From contig CAVTQK010000009.1 in assembly GCA_963736855.1 (NCBI GenBank), positions 128,001 to 192,000 of the forward strand: 64,000 nucleotides of DNA. Direction: 5' to 3'. The DNA is from an uncultured delta proteobacterium (GTDB lineage Bacteria; Desulfobacterota; Desulfobacteria; Desulfobacterales; UBA2156). Position numbers and translations under genes: made by a program. Positions 9,936 to 19,554 of this stretch are shown piece by piece. Under the pieces are notes generated by a model. It saw only the letters and a list, made by a program, of their open reading frames with translations, was not told where the DNA came from and searched no databases. Every line of letters starts with the position of its first letter. Position 1 is the first letter of the stretch.

Positions 9936-10687
9936 TCCGCCGGCCCCATTTGATTGATGAGACCGGCCTGGAACCCTGCGCCGAAACCGTTGTCGATATT
10001 GACGACGGATACTCCCGAAGCACAACTGTTCAGCATGGCCAAGAGGGCGGCAAGGCCGCCGAAGGATGCACCATAACCGACACTGGTCGGTACCGCGATG
10101 ATCGGGCACGAAACCAAGCCTCCCACAACACTGGCCAAGGCGCCCTCCATACCGGCCACAACCACCGTTACACGGGCTTTGAACAGCTTTTCCCGAACGC
10201 TGAGAAGGCGGTGAAGCCCGGCCACTCCGACATCGTAAATTCTTTGAACACGATTTCCGAGGACCTCGGCCGTTACGGCCGCCTCTTCTCCCACCGGAAT
10301 ATCCGACGTTCCGGCACAGAGCACGGCAATGTTGCCGGTCCTTTGGACGGCCCGGGGTTTGATGACGACGATTCGGGCCGTTTCGTGATATTCGCAGTCC
10401 TCGATAGTCTCGCGGATGCCTTCGTAAACGACTCTTTCAGCCCGCGTGGCCAGGATGTTGCGGTGATGCTGCATGATTCTTCCGGCGATCTCCCGGATCT
10501 GGTCGATGGTTTTCCCCGGGCAGTAGATGACCTCCGGAAAACCGGTGCGGAGGGACCGGTGCAGATCGATCTTGGCAAAATCGATGTCTTCAAAAGGCAG
10601 ACCCCTGAGTTGCTCCATGGCGGCCTCCACCGTAATCCGGCCGCTCCTGACGCCATCCAGGATCTGTTTAAGGTTTTCGATATCCAT
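9932..10687 (-). CDS. larB: Nickel-pincer cofactor biosynthesis carboxylase/hydrolase LarB
   Basis: FAKIDLHRSLRTGFPEVIYCPGK, AGTSDIPV, DVGVAGLHRL, AGMEGALASVV, PTSVGYG, NIDNGFGA; start set at MDIENL (10687). Confidence 0.92.
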   Translation of the reverse strand: MDIENLKQILDGVRSGRITVEAAMEQLRGLPFEDIDFAKIDLHRSLRTGFPEVIYCPGKTIDQIREIAGRIMQHHRNILATRAERVVYEGIRETIEDCEYHETARIVVIKPRAVQRTGNIAVLCAGTSDIPVGEEAAVTAEVLGNRVQRIYDVGVAGLHRLLSVREKLFKARVTVVVAGMEGALASVVGGLVSCPIIAVPTSVGYGASFGGLAALLAMLNSCASGVSVVNIDNGFGAGFQAGLINQMGPAD

Positions 10688-11541
10688 TTGGCGATTCCTT
10701 TTCTTTGTCGGTAACAGCCCGGTTGAGGTTCCCCGTGGAATACCCTTCAAAATCGAGGGCTACAAATAAAAATCCGATGGATTTGAAATAATCTACCACA
10801 CGCACCCTCATTTCTTTTTTAAGGAGTTTGATCATATCCTTAGGCGGGACTTCGATTCGCGCGATATTCCCATGATGCCGAACCCGGACCTGTCCCGAGA
10901 TGTTCCATTTCAGTAAAAAGTTTTCCCCCTGGTCGATCTGCTCAAGTTTTTCCGGGGTTATGGGTTGATCGTAGGGAATGCGCGAAGCCAGACAGGCGCA
11001 GGACGGCTTGTTCCAGGTGGAAAGCCCGAATTTCTTGGACAGGCTTCGGATCCGGGCCTTGGTGAGACCGGCCTCGCGGAGGACACTTCTCACTCCCAGT
11101 TCCCGGGCGGCGATGGATCCGGGACGATAATCTTTGGAGTCATCGGCATTTTCACCATCCAGGACAAAATGAAATCCTCGAAAAGCAGCAAGGTCCACCA
11201 GGCTTTTAAAGCGATTTTTCTTGCACCAGTAACATTTGTCAGGGGGATTGGCCGTGAAACTGCGGATCTTCCATCTCATGGCTTTTCACGAGCAGATGTT
11301 CGACGCCGATTTCCCGAGCGATCCGGACGGCGGCCTCCTTTTCGCGTTGCGGCAAAATCTCAGAGACCGCGGTGACCACCAGTACGTTTGCTTTGGACAA
11401 GGTCTCTACGGCGGCGTGCAGCAAAAAGGTGCTGTCCACACCCCCGGAAAAGGCGACAAGCACCCGTCCCATCCTCTTTAAAAGGTTTGCCAGGTTCCGG
11501 TACTGTGTTTCGATTTTGTCGTCGGATTTTGCTTTTGGCAT
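10668..11541 (-). CDS. larE: ATP-dependent sulfur insertase LarE, split by a +1 frameshift near 11257
   Basis: PP-loop AFSGGVDS in the 5' ORF; NPPDKCYWCK, DYRPG, CLASRIPY, QVRVRHHG in the 3' ORF. Removing one T from CAG TTT CAC gives ...EDPQFTANPP..., 290 aa. Confidence 0.88.
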
Positions 11542-11870
11542 CTGCTTCTCGAAGCTTCAGCTTTTCCGCACGGACATTTCTCCTTTGTGCAAAAAAGCGG
11601 GTTCTTTCCTCCCTATTTTTCGTGATATTATCAGAAAATGCGTTTGCAGAAAAGCCGGGAAGACTGAATGAGTTTGAAAATCAAGGTTTGGATCGCATAA
11701 AGAACTTGCAAATATAAAATGAATTTCTATAATGCAGACTCATGATCAGAGGCCGTTTTGCCCTGCTCATTAAGAAATCATTTAACATCTTTAAGGCGGT
11801 CATCATAACCCGAATCCCCTCTCAAACCCTTTGAGCAATCTGATCGGATCCGATAAATCGTCCCTCTAAT

Positions 11871-12314
11871 ATGAAAGCGTTATCTGAAAAAATTAAAAAA
11901 GAAATCCTTACCCGGATCCAAAAGATTCCGATCGTCGATACGCTTCAGATCCGGGTTGTTTCCTTTTCCGACGGATATTGTGAAACGCGGGTGGCCCGCA
12001 AGCAGGACTATGACGGGGTTTTTGAATCTTTTCACGGCGGGTTGCTGATGACCATCGCCGACAGCACAGCCTGTTTTGCCATATTGACCCGGACAGGGCC
12101 CGCAACCCGATTGACAACCACGGACATGAGCATCCGGTTTCTGGCCCCCTGTTTGACGGATGTCACCGCAAAGGCGAAGGTGATTAAATTCGGAAAGACC
12201 TTGTGTCCGGTTTCAGTGGATCTTTTCGATACGGCGGGAACCTGCGTCGCCGTCGCCCAGGTTTGCTATATGCTTCTGGGTGATGCTGAAAAAATAAAAT
12301 CTTTAAAAAGCTAA
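11871..12314 (+). CDS. PaaI family hotdog-fold thioesterase
   Basis: FHGGLLMTIADS motif, TTDMSIRFLAP. Confidence 0.85.
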   Translation: MKALSEKIKKEILTRIQKIPIVDTLQIRVVSFSDGYCETRVARKQDYDGVFESFHGGLLMTIADSTACFAILTRTGPATRLTTTDMSIRFLAPCLTDVTAKAKVIKFGKTLCPVSVDLFDTAGTCVAVAQVCYMLLGDAEKIKSLKS

Positions 12315-12388
12315 AAGCGTATCAAAACGGACATCCCATGTGGCAGCTTTTTTAATACAGGCGCAGGATCATCAAAAAGCCGACACCG

Positions 12389-12748
12389 CTAAGGTTCATC
12401 GCCTGTCAAACCCAGCTTATCCGGCCTTCTTTCTATTCGATCGATGATAGCATATGGGCTGTACTCGGTTTTTCTGCCAAGCAGCGTCTCTACTCTTCCC
12501 TGAATCTCGATTCTTTGCTGGTTTGAGTGCCAATTATTCCAATCTTCCTCTGTATCCCATGCCCGAACAACAAGATATTCTTCCGGACGATCAAGATGCC
12601 TCCAGGTTTCTTCGTATTCGAAACCCGGTTGAACCATGGCCATCTTTCTCAATTGAATAATCAGGGGCATGACCGATGACTCTTTTTCTGGGGTCAAAAT
12701 TCTCTTGCTGACGATTTTTACTCCCACCGGATCCTCCTTTTCATGCAA
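12389..12748 (-). CDS. Antibiotic-biosynthesis-monooxygenase (ABM) domain protein
   Basis: QPGF..EET...EYLVVRAW.TEEDW.NW pattern; start uncertain. Confidence 0.7.
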   Translation of the reverse strand: MHEKEDPVGVKIVSKRILTPEKESSVMPLIIQLRKMAMVQPGFEYEETWRHLDRPEEYLVVRAWDTEEDWNNWHSNQQRIEIQGRVETLLGRKTEYSPYAIIDRIERRPDKLGLTGDEP

Positions 12749-12810
12749 AATACCCTGTTATCATTCTTTTTTTCTATACCTTGTCATGTTTTTTATGCAG
12801 CTGCAGGGTA
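12747..12810 (-). repeat. Dispersed intergenic repeat, copy 1
   Basis: Reverse complement TACCCTGCAGCTGCATAAAAAACATGACAAGGTATAGAAAAAAAGAATGATAACAGGGTA is near-identical to the copies at 15848 and 44441. Confidence 0.85.
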
Positions 12811-12845
12811 AAGAACATCAGTCCGGAATTTTCATGGCCCGGGTG

Positions 12846-13526
12846 TCAATCCAGAAGATCGAGAATCTTCATCGGCTCATCTATCAAGACTTTGGATCCG
12901 CTTTCCCTAAGTTCCTCTGCCGGCCGGAATCCCCAGCAGGCTCCGACGGGAAACATGCCGGCGGCAATAGCCGTTTTCATATCCACGGCGCTGTCGCCGA
13001 GATAAAGAAAATCGGAAGGCGCCAAATCAAGATTTCCTGCGATTTCAAGAGCCCCGTAAGGATCAGGCTTTGGAGGGACACCCGGTCTTTGCCCCAATAC
13101 GGCGTGAAACTTCCAATGCGGCAAGAGTCTGGCCACAACCGTTCGGGTGAGATCATGGGCTTTGTTGGACAGCACGGCCAGTTTCAGGCCGCGATCGATA
13201 AGACCATCGAGCATGTCGGCGATCCCGGGATAAAGTTTGGTTTTCCGATCCCAGTGTTGCCCATAGTCGGACCGGAAGATCTCCATGCATCGATCAATGG
13301 TTTCCGACGTGCGTTTATGTTCCGGTAAAGCCCTAGTCATAAGCTTGAGGAAACCGTCGCCGATGAAAAGTCGGTACGCATCCATTTCATGAATCGGAAA
13401 CCCTTGCCCGGCCAGTGTCCGGTTGACGGCATCCCCGATATCTTCGAGGGTGTTAAGCAGGGTGCCGTCCAGGTCGAATACGATACCTTTAAAGCGCATG
13501 ACTCCCGATTTCAAAAAAGCCGTCAA
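12846..13526 (-). CDS. HAD-superfamily hydrolase (phosphoglycolate phosphatase-like)
   Basis: FDLDGTLLNT, LSNK, KPDP, YLGDSAVD motifs. Confidence 0.9.
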   Translation of the reverse strand: MTAFLKSGVMRFKGIVFDLDGTLLNTLEDIGDAVNRTLAGQGFPIHEMDAYRLFIGDGFLKLMTRALPEHKRTSETIDRCMEIFRSDYGQHWDRKTKLYPGIADMLDGLIDRGLKLAVLSNKAHDLTRTVVARLLPHWKFHAVLGQRPGVPPKPDPYGALEIAGNLDLAPSDFLYLGDSAVDMKTAIAAGMFPVGACWGFRPAEELRESGSKVLIDEPMKILDLLD

Positions 13527-13567
13527 GCATCCGGATCCATGCTTATGCTATCGGCCAGCTCTGTTTC

Positions 13568-13819
13568 TTAGCCTTTCTTCCTAGTTCTTGGCGCATGAGC
13601 ATGGATAATAAGATTCAGAAACATGTCTACCACGGCAGATTTTGGGTGCTTCATCAAATAGGCTTTCATCACGGCCCGATCTTCATCGGAAGATTTCTTG
13701 TGAAACAGGATATCGCCTACGGACAATTGATTGGTTGCGGATCCGATCGACAGGGAAACGTTTTTATCCTTCAATTGTGTTTCAGATACTGCGTAAATCT
13801 CATTCTTGCGGCTTGCCAT
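13568..13819 (-). CDS. Hypothetical small protein (83 aa)
   Basis: AGGAG RBS before the ATG; fills the intergenic space; no family recognised. Confidence 0.55.
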   Translation of the reverse strand: MASRKNEIYAVSETQLKDKNVSLSIGSATNQLSVGDILFHKKSSDEDRAVMKAYLMKHPKSAVVDMFLNLIIHAHAPRTRKKG

Positions 13820-13882
13820 GGCGTTCTCCTTTGTGGGGTCAAATTATTTGGGAAAACAATGAGCTTATGAACATCCTTTTTT

Positions 13883-14041
13883 TCATAGCATCTTTTTATT
13901 CCAAATCTCAAGTAGATTGAAGGGAAACGAAATGACTCTGGTCCCGGCGGCAAGCCGTTCATCCCTGACGCGCTGGGCGGCATTCCTGACAAAGTCGGCC
14001 TTCATGCCGATCTGCCAGTCCGTGGTGTGAAGAAATTTCAT
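13883..14041 (-). pseudogene. 5' fragment of an SbcD/Mre11-family DNA-repair metallophosphoesterase
   Basis: Reads MKFLHTTDWQIGMKADFVRNAAQRVRDERLAAGTRVI... and stops after 52 aa. MKFLHT.DWQ.G is motif I of SbcD/YhaO-like nucleases; later motifs are absent. Confidence 0.7.
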
Positions 14042-14071
14042 GTCTTTTGGCTGAAGACCCGTTGCAAAAAA

Positions 14072-14419
14072 TCAAAAGGTAATGATTTCATATTCTTGTT
14101 CCCGGTACCGGGCCATGCCGGGATGTCCGCTCATGTCGTCCAAAAGCGCAAATCCTTCCTTTTTGACGTCATCCAGGGTCCCCATTTTGCTGGAGCAGGC
14201 CTTGCAGGCACCCTCGATGAGGCCGAGTTCCTTCGCCTTTTTGTAGAGCCCATGTATAGGATTTCCCTCTTTAGCCAGATCCGGGATGAGTCGCGTGGCG
14301 GATCCTTCGATCACGATTTTAACGTCATAGCCTTTGGCCTTCATGTCCAGGGCATTCAAGAGGACATGGATGAAACACATGAATTCGCCGTTAAACGCAA
14401 ACAAGGCTGCTTTTTTCAT
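14072..14419 (-). CDS. DsrE/DsrF-like small cytoplasmic protein
   Basis: MKKAALFAFNGEFMCFIHVLLNALDM...IEGSAT...CKACS...GHPGM...YEIITF; GGAGG RBS before ATG 14419. Confidence 0.75.
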   Translation of the reverse strand: MKKAALFAFNGEFMCFIHVLLNALDMKAKGYDVKIVIEGSATRLIPDLAKEGNPIHGLYKKAKELGLIEGACKACSSKMGTLDDVKKEGFALLDDMSGHPGMARYREQEYEIITF

Positions 14420-14456
14420 GACTGTACCTCCAGGGTTTTCGGTTTCGTCGTCTGAT

Positions 14457-15755
14457 TCATTCCGGAAGCAAATCGTAGAAGTAATGCATGACATCCGAGC
14501 GGGAGATGATTCCGATTAATTGCCCGTTATCCACCACCGGCAGACGCCCCACGTCGTGTTTGACCATGATCTGGGCGGCCTGCATAGGGCTTTTCCCCGG
14601 CTCGATGATTTGCGGATTCACCGACATAAATGTTTTCACCGGCCTTGTGAGTTGAGATTCCTTCTTCAACCGGCTGAAATCCCGGCGGGAAATCATGCCG
14701 ACGACCTGACCGTTTTCGACCACCGGGATTCCGGTGACACCTTTCTTTCGCAGGATCTTGGCCGCTTCCTCCATGGTGGTGTAAGGCGAAATCGTCCATA
14801 CCGGGAACGACATGAGATCGCTGATTTGCACCGACGCCTGCTGATTGCCTCTTATCAGCTCAAGGATCCACTGCTCCACGGCATCCGGATTGACATCCTT
14901 TAGCTGGACCGAGGCGGCCCGGGGATGGCCTCCGCCGCCCATGCTGCGAAGGATGGAACTCACATCGAGTTCGGCGGACTGACTGCGGCCGATGACGATG
15001 CATCGGTGCTTCCCGATATCATTGAAAAGACCGAACGCGGCGTCCACGTTCATGATTTCCATATACATGCGGACGACCACCGCCAGATTGTCGATGTGTC
15101 CGTCGATGAGGACTTTGCTGATGCTGATGTGGTGTCCTTTGACCTTGCTGCGCCTGGCGTGCTGAAGCATCTCAAACAGAATCGCTTTATGCTTCTGGCT
15201 GTAAGCCGGTTTCAGGAAGGTGCTCAGGATACTCAGATCCGCATGGTTCTCCAGAAGCCATCCAGCGGCATGAACATCTTCCGCCGTGGTGGAAGGAAAG
15301 GTGAGATGCCCAGTGTCTTCATATATTCCCGTAAGGAGGAGGGTGGCCTGTATGGGCGTAAGGGGGATGTGTCGGTTTTTCATCTCCCGCACGAGAAGCG
15401 TGGTCGCAGCGCCGATGACTTCCCGGCGCTCCATCGAAGCCTGAATCGACCCCAATTCGTTATGATGGTCATAGATAAATATTTCCAAACCTTCGCGGTT
15501 TTTCAGCGCATCCATCCGATCTAAGCGGTTCCAATTACAGGTGTCGACGACGATGAGCCGCGTTACCGCCTTTAAATCCACATCGTCGGGCGTTAGGATC
15601 GGAAAGAGATCTTTATGAAGGGATACAAAGGCCTTGACGTTGGGGTTCAGGGTCTTGGGAAGCACCGGCACGGTTTCGGGATAAAGCAGGGTGACGGCGA
15701 TGACGGAGGCCAACCCATCAAAATCGGTGTTTTTATGCGTCGTGACAATGTGCAT
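14457..15755 (-). CDS. DHH/DHHA1 phosphoesterase with C-terminal CBS pair
   Basis: THKNTDFDGLAS, VVDT, YDHH, EDTG, GGGGHPRAAS, followed by two CBS repeats. Confidence 0.88.
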   Translation of the reverse strand: MHIVTTHKNTDFDGLASVIAVTLLYPETVPVLPKTLNPNVKAFVSLHKDLFPILTPDDVDLKAVTRLIVVDTCNWNRLDRMDALKNREGLEIFIYDHHNELGSIQASMERREVIGAATTLLVREMKNRHIPLTPIQATLLLTGIYEDTGHLTFPSTTAEDVHAAGWLLENHADLSILSTFLKPAYSQKHKAILFEMLQHARRSKVKGHHISISKVLIDGHIDNLAVVVRMYMEIMNVDAAFGLFNDIGKHRCIVIGRSQSAELDVSSILRSMGGGGHPRAASVQLKDVNPDAVEQWILELIRGNQQASVQISDLMSFPVWTISPYTTMEEAAKILRKKGVTGIPVVENGQVVGMISRRDFSRLKKESQLTRPVKTFMSVNPQIIEPGKSPMQAAQIMVKHDVGRLPVVDNGQLIGIISRSDVMHYFYDLLPE

Positions 15756-15847
15756 TTCGCTCGGCTTACGAAATATGCCAATCCCTTCGGGCGATGCTAT
15801 ACCACGGACCGACGCATTCCTTCAAGACACATGAAACGATTCGGTAA

Positions 15848-15902
15848 ACCCTGCAGTTGCATAAAAACATGACAAGGAATAGAAAAAAAGAATGATGCAG
15901 GA
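15848..15902 (+). repeat. Dispersed intergenic repeat, copy 2
   Basis: ACCCTGCAGTTGCATAAAAACATGACAAGGAATAGAAAAAAAGAATGATGCAGGA. Confidence 0.85.
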
Positions 15903-15919
15903 GCGGATCAGGCCATTGA

Positions 15920-16777
15920 TCATTTTTTTGGAGCAGATAGAATGGTGCCGATCATGATGCTCCCCACGATCAAAAGACCCCCGAAAAGGGTTCGTAATCC
16001 AGGTCTTTCCCCCAGCAGCAGGAAGGCGAAGGCCGTGCCGTATACCGGCTCCAGCCCGGCAATGATGCTGGCGAGCTGAGTCTTGATGAACTTCAGACTC
16101 CGGATAAACAGAGCGTGCGACAAGGCCGTGCAAAATATTCCCAAGACCGCCAGAAGCATCACATCCTTTTGCGACAGAGAGAAGTCCAGGAAGAAGCAAA
16201 ACGGAAAGAGGACGGCGGCGGCCACTCCGTTCTGGTACCCGGCGATCACCAAAGGAGAATACGTCGCCACAAACTTGCGGTTGAGGATCGAAAGGAGCGC
16301 AAAAGACACACCGGAGGCCACCCCCCAAGCCGCTCCCCGGGTGATGTGATCGCCCAGATCTAACGACGGCACGATGCACCAGAGTCCGGTCAGAACTATG
16401 GCGGCGGTCAGGATGTCGATGGGTCGAAGCCTTTCTCTGAAAAACACGGGCTCCATGAAGGTCACAAAAATCGGAAAGGTTGAAAAAGTTAAAAGCCCCA
16501 CCGCCACAGTGGAGACCTGGATGGACTTGAAAAAGGCGATCCAGTGGCCAGCCAGCAGGATGCCCAGAAAGAAAAGGGCTAAAAAATCTCCCGGGGAGCG
16601 GGGACGGATGTCTTTCTTTAAAAAAAAGACAGTCGCCGAAAGCACCGCAAATGCAAAAGAGGTTCGTCCAAAAACAATAATCGACGACGGCGCGGCTACG
16701 AGCTTTCCGAACAATCCCGCCAGCCCGAAAAGAAAAACCGCAGCATGAATTTCGATCATTCCCGTAGAATTTTTCAT
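15920..16777 (-). CDS. EamA/DMT family transporter
   Basis: About 10 TM helices in two EamA repeats, LEPVYG motif; start set at MKNSTG (16777). Confidence 0.85.
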   Translation of the reverse strand: MKNSTGMIEIHAAVFLFGLAGLFGKLVAAPSSIIVFGRTSFAFAVLSATVFFLKKDIRPRSPGDFLALFFLGILLAGHWIAFFKSIQVSTVAVGLLTFSTFPIFVTFMEPVFFRERLRPIDILTAAIVLTGLWCIVPSLDLGDHITRGAAWGVASGVSFALLSILNRKFVATYSPLVIAGYQNGVAAAVLFPFCFFLDFSLSQKDVMLLAVLGIFCTALSHALFIRSLKFIKTQLASIIAGLEPVYGTAFAFLLLGERPGLRTLFGGLLIVGSIMIGTILSAPKK

Positions 16778-16889
16778 GACTTTAGGTTTTTGGTTTTCAA
16801 AAAATGGATCATATTCGAGGGGTTTGAGATAGGCAAGGAAATAGCGCGTGCTTATCCGGAGGAGGCCGCAAAAGATGTGGATGGATCGT

Positions 16890-16918
16890 TTGACAGAGTT
16901 GGGAAATTCTCTTATTTT
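16890..16918 (+). promoter_or_regulatory. Sigma70-type promoter of the efflux operon
   Basis: TTGACA-N17-TATTTT upstream of the TolC gene. Confidence 0.5.
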
Positions 16919-16962
16919 AAAAATTCTTTGTGCAAATGGATAGGTCCAAGACAATGTTATAG

Positions 16963-18372
16963 TTGCACGAGTTTCACAGGATAAAGGCTTTGGAAAACAT
17001 GAGAGATAAGGCGATTGTCGTTTTATTGTGTGTGGGGTTTTCTATTTGGCAGTTGATGTTTGGGGTGGCACCCATTTTTTCCCAGGGATCACCCCGGGTT
17101 TCCTTAACCCTTGAACAGGCTGTTGAACAGGCGCTTTCCCAGCACCCCCAGGTCAAAGCCGCCCAGTACCATCTCGAAGCGGGTGATGCAGGGGTCGAAG
17201 CAGCCCGCTCCCTTTTGTATCCCCATTTTCATCTGACGGAAAGATTCAACCACACCAATAACCCCATGTGGGCTTTTGCGACCCGGCTCAACCAGAAAAC
17301 GATTACCCGTGAAGACTTCGATCCCGATCAATTGAACGACCCGGATGCCATCAGCAATTTTACCACCTCCATTTCCGTCTCTTGGGAGCTTTTCAGCGGA
17401 GGTCGCACCCAAGCCGGGCTGGAACAGGCGAAGCAGAATCAACAAACCGCCTCAGTTTCCCTGAAAAAGGTCCGGCAGGAAATCATTGCGCATACCTCCA
17501 AAGCCTACATCGGCCTTCTTTTAGCAAGAGAAAACCTGGAGGTCATCGAACAGGCCGTGGAAACAGCCCGGGCCCATTCGGCGTTCATCGAATCCCGATA
17601 TAAAGGGGGTTTTGTGGTCAAGAGCGATCTCCTGAGGGCTCAGGTTCGCCTGGCGGAATTGGAGCAGGAACGTCTTTCGGCCCAAAGCCGGGGGAATGTC
17701 GCCCAGGCGGCGCTCAATGCGTCCATGGGGAGTTATGACAACCCGGAGGTTCAAACCACAACCCCTTTTCAGAAATGCGTGGAAACACAAGGCTCATTGG
17801 AAGACTGGATTGAAAGAGCGATTTCAAACCATCCGGATCTCGAGCATCTGGATCTTTTGGAAGGAGTGGCTAAATCAGAGATCAAGAAGGCCAAGGCGGG
17901 CCATTGGCCTTTCTTGAATTTGGTGGGTTCTTACGACATGGATACCGAGGGTTTCAGCGATTTTGGAGAAAGTTATGCCGTTGGTGCCATGGCACAGATC
18001 CCTCTTTACAGAGGCGGACAGACACGCTCGGGTGTCCTTGCCGCAACAGCAGCCTGGAAACAGGCACAGGAAATGAAAAGGTCGGCCCGGCTATTGATTA
18101 CTCTCAAGAACCGACAAGCATACTATGAAACCCAAAGCGCCTGGAAACGCATCGCCGTGGCGAAAAGTGCCTTGGAGCAGGCCGAAGAGGGCCTTCGCAT
18201 CGTTGAAAACCGGTACCGAAACGGAATGCTCACCCTTGTCTCTTTGCTGGATGCCGAGATGGCACGCCGGGAGGCACGGGTCAATCACTTTAAAGCCCTG
18301 CATGACTACAAAGTGGCCAAAATCGACCTGATGCTCGCAGCCGGAGTTATCGACACAGAATGGAAGAAATAG
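16963..18372 (+). CDS. TolC family outer-membrane efflux protein
   Basis: Signal-like N-terminus, LTLEQAVEQAL, two OEP repeats (RY.GG...D.L.AQ; RY.NG....LLDAE); the start may be ATG 16999. Confidence 0.9.
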   Translation: MHEFHRIKALENMRDKAIVVLLCVGFSIWQLMFGVAPIFSQGSPRVSLTLEQAVEQALSQHPQVKAAQYHLEAGDAGVEAARSLLYPHFHLTERFNHTNNPMWAFATRLNQKTITREDFDPDQLNDPDAISNFTTSISVSWELFSGGRTQAGLEQAKQNQQTASVSLKKVRQEIIAHTSKAYIGLLLARENLEVIEQAVETARAHSAFIESRYKGGFVVKSDLLRAQVRLAELEQERLSAQSRGNVAQAALNASMGSYDNPEVQTTTPFQKCVETQGSLEDWIERAISNHPDLEHLDLLEGVAKSEIKKAKAGHWPFLNLVGSYDMDTEGFSDFGESYAVGAMAQIPLYRGGQTRSGVLAATAAWKQAQEMKRSARLLITLKNRQAYYETQSAWKRIAVAKSALEQAEEGLRIVENRYRNGMLTLVSLLDAEMARREARVNHFKALHDYKVAKIDLMLAAGVIDTEWKK

Positions 18373-18381
18373 GGGAAACGG

Positions 18382-19554
18382 ATGAAAACGCTCAGAGAAT
18401 CGGTTTGCCTGGCCGCCGTCCTTGCGGCGATAATGGTTTTTTGGGGCTGCAAAGATAAGATCGAACCCGGACACAGCCCTTCGAAAGAAGCCCGCCTCAT
18501 CCAGGCGCCGGTTGCCGTCGTCGAGACCGGAAGCACTGCCGAGCAATATGAAGCCGTGGCTACGGTGACTGCACGGGTCTACGCCGATCTTGCCGGAAGG
18601 CTCATGGGTGTCGTCCAGGAAGTCCGCGTGGAGGAAGGGGATACAGTTAAGGAAGGAGATGTGCTGGTGGTCATCGATTCCCGTCAGGCTACAGCCCGCC
18701 TGGAGCAGGCGCAGGCCGCCCTTGAGGAGGCGCGGGGGGGAGAGGCGTCGGCCGAATCGGCGAAAATCGCGGCAAGGGTTTCCGCCGAGCTGGCCGAAAC
18801 CACCTATCAACGCTACCAGCGTCTCCTAAAAGAGGAATCCGCCACACAACAGGAATTCGATGAAATGGGGGCACGCCACCGACAGGCTCAGGCAGCCTTT
18901 GCACAGGCCGAAGCCATGCTGGCGGCGGCTCGGAATCGGGTGCAACAAGCCGAAGCCGCCGTCAAGACCGCAACCGTGGGCGAGAAGGACGCTTCCATTC
19001 AGGCCCCCTACGACGGCAGAATCACCCGAAAGCGGGTCCATGCAGGGGATCTTGCTTCCCCGGGGATGCCCCTTCTCACCATTGAAAAAGAAGGTGGTTA
19101 TCGTGCGGAAGCCGTTCTTCCGGAAAAATACATGAAAGAGATGAGCTTGAAACAAAGGGTGTCCGTTGTGATTCCCGCCTTAGAACCGGTCCCCTTGGAA
19201 GGGGTCATTTCGCAGATTATCCCCGGTGCCGATCCCAAGAGCCGTTCCTTCCGGATCAGGGTCGACCTTCCGAAGCATGAGGGCTTGCGCTCCGGGATGT
19301 TCGCTCGCGTTTCCATGCCGTTGGCCGCCTCCGAGACCGTTACGATACCGAAAAAGGCGATCCTGTGGCACGGCCAGCTTTCCGGTGTTTTTGTGTTGGA
19401 TGAAGCGAATATGGCTCGATTTCGGCTGGTCAGAACCGGAAAAGAGATGGAGGATGCCATCGAAATCCTGTCCGGCCTCAAAAAGGGGATGCGCTATGTG
19501 GCCGATCCCCCTCCCACCCTTGAAGACGGTATGAAAGTTGAGGCTCGTTCATGA
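18382..19554 (+). CDS. RND efflux periplasmic adaptor (membrane fusion lipoprotein)
   Basis: Lipobox FWGC, V.EGD.VKEGDVL, coiled coil, [15 protein letters not shown]. Confidence 0.92.
   Translation: MKTLRESVCLAAVLAAIMVFWGCKDKIEPGHSPSKEARLIQAPVAVVETGSTAEQYEAVATVTARVYADLAGRLMGVVQEVRVEEGDTVKEGDVLVVIDSRQATARLEQAQAALEEARGGEASAESAKIAARVSAELAETTYQRYQRLLKEESATQQEFDEMGARHRQAQAAFAQAEAMLAAARNRVQQAEAAVKTATVGEKDASIQAPYDGRITRKRVHAGDLASPGMPLLTIEKEGGYRAEAVLPEKYMKEMSLKQRVSVVIPALEPVPLEGVISQIIPGADPKSRSFRIRVDLPKHEGLRSGMFARVSMPLAASETVTIPKKAILWHGQLSGVFVLDEANMARFRLVRTGKEMEDAIEILSGLKKGMRYVADPPPTLEDGMKVEARS

Noticed and set aside
11240..11280. Programmed ribosomal frameshifting in larE and the other split genes
   Set aside because: No shared slippery heptamer or stimulatory structure; single-base sequencing error is the simpler explanation.
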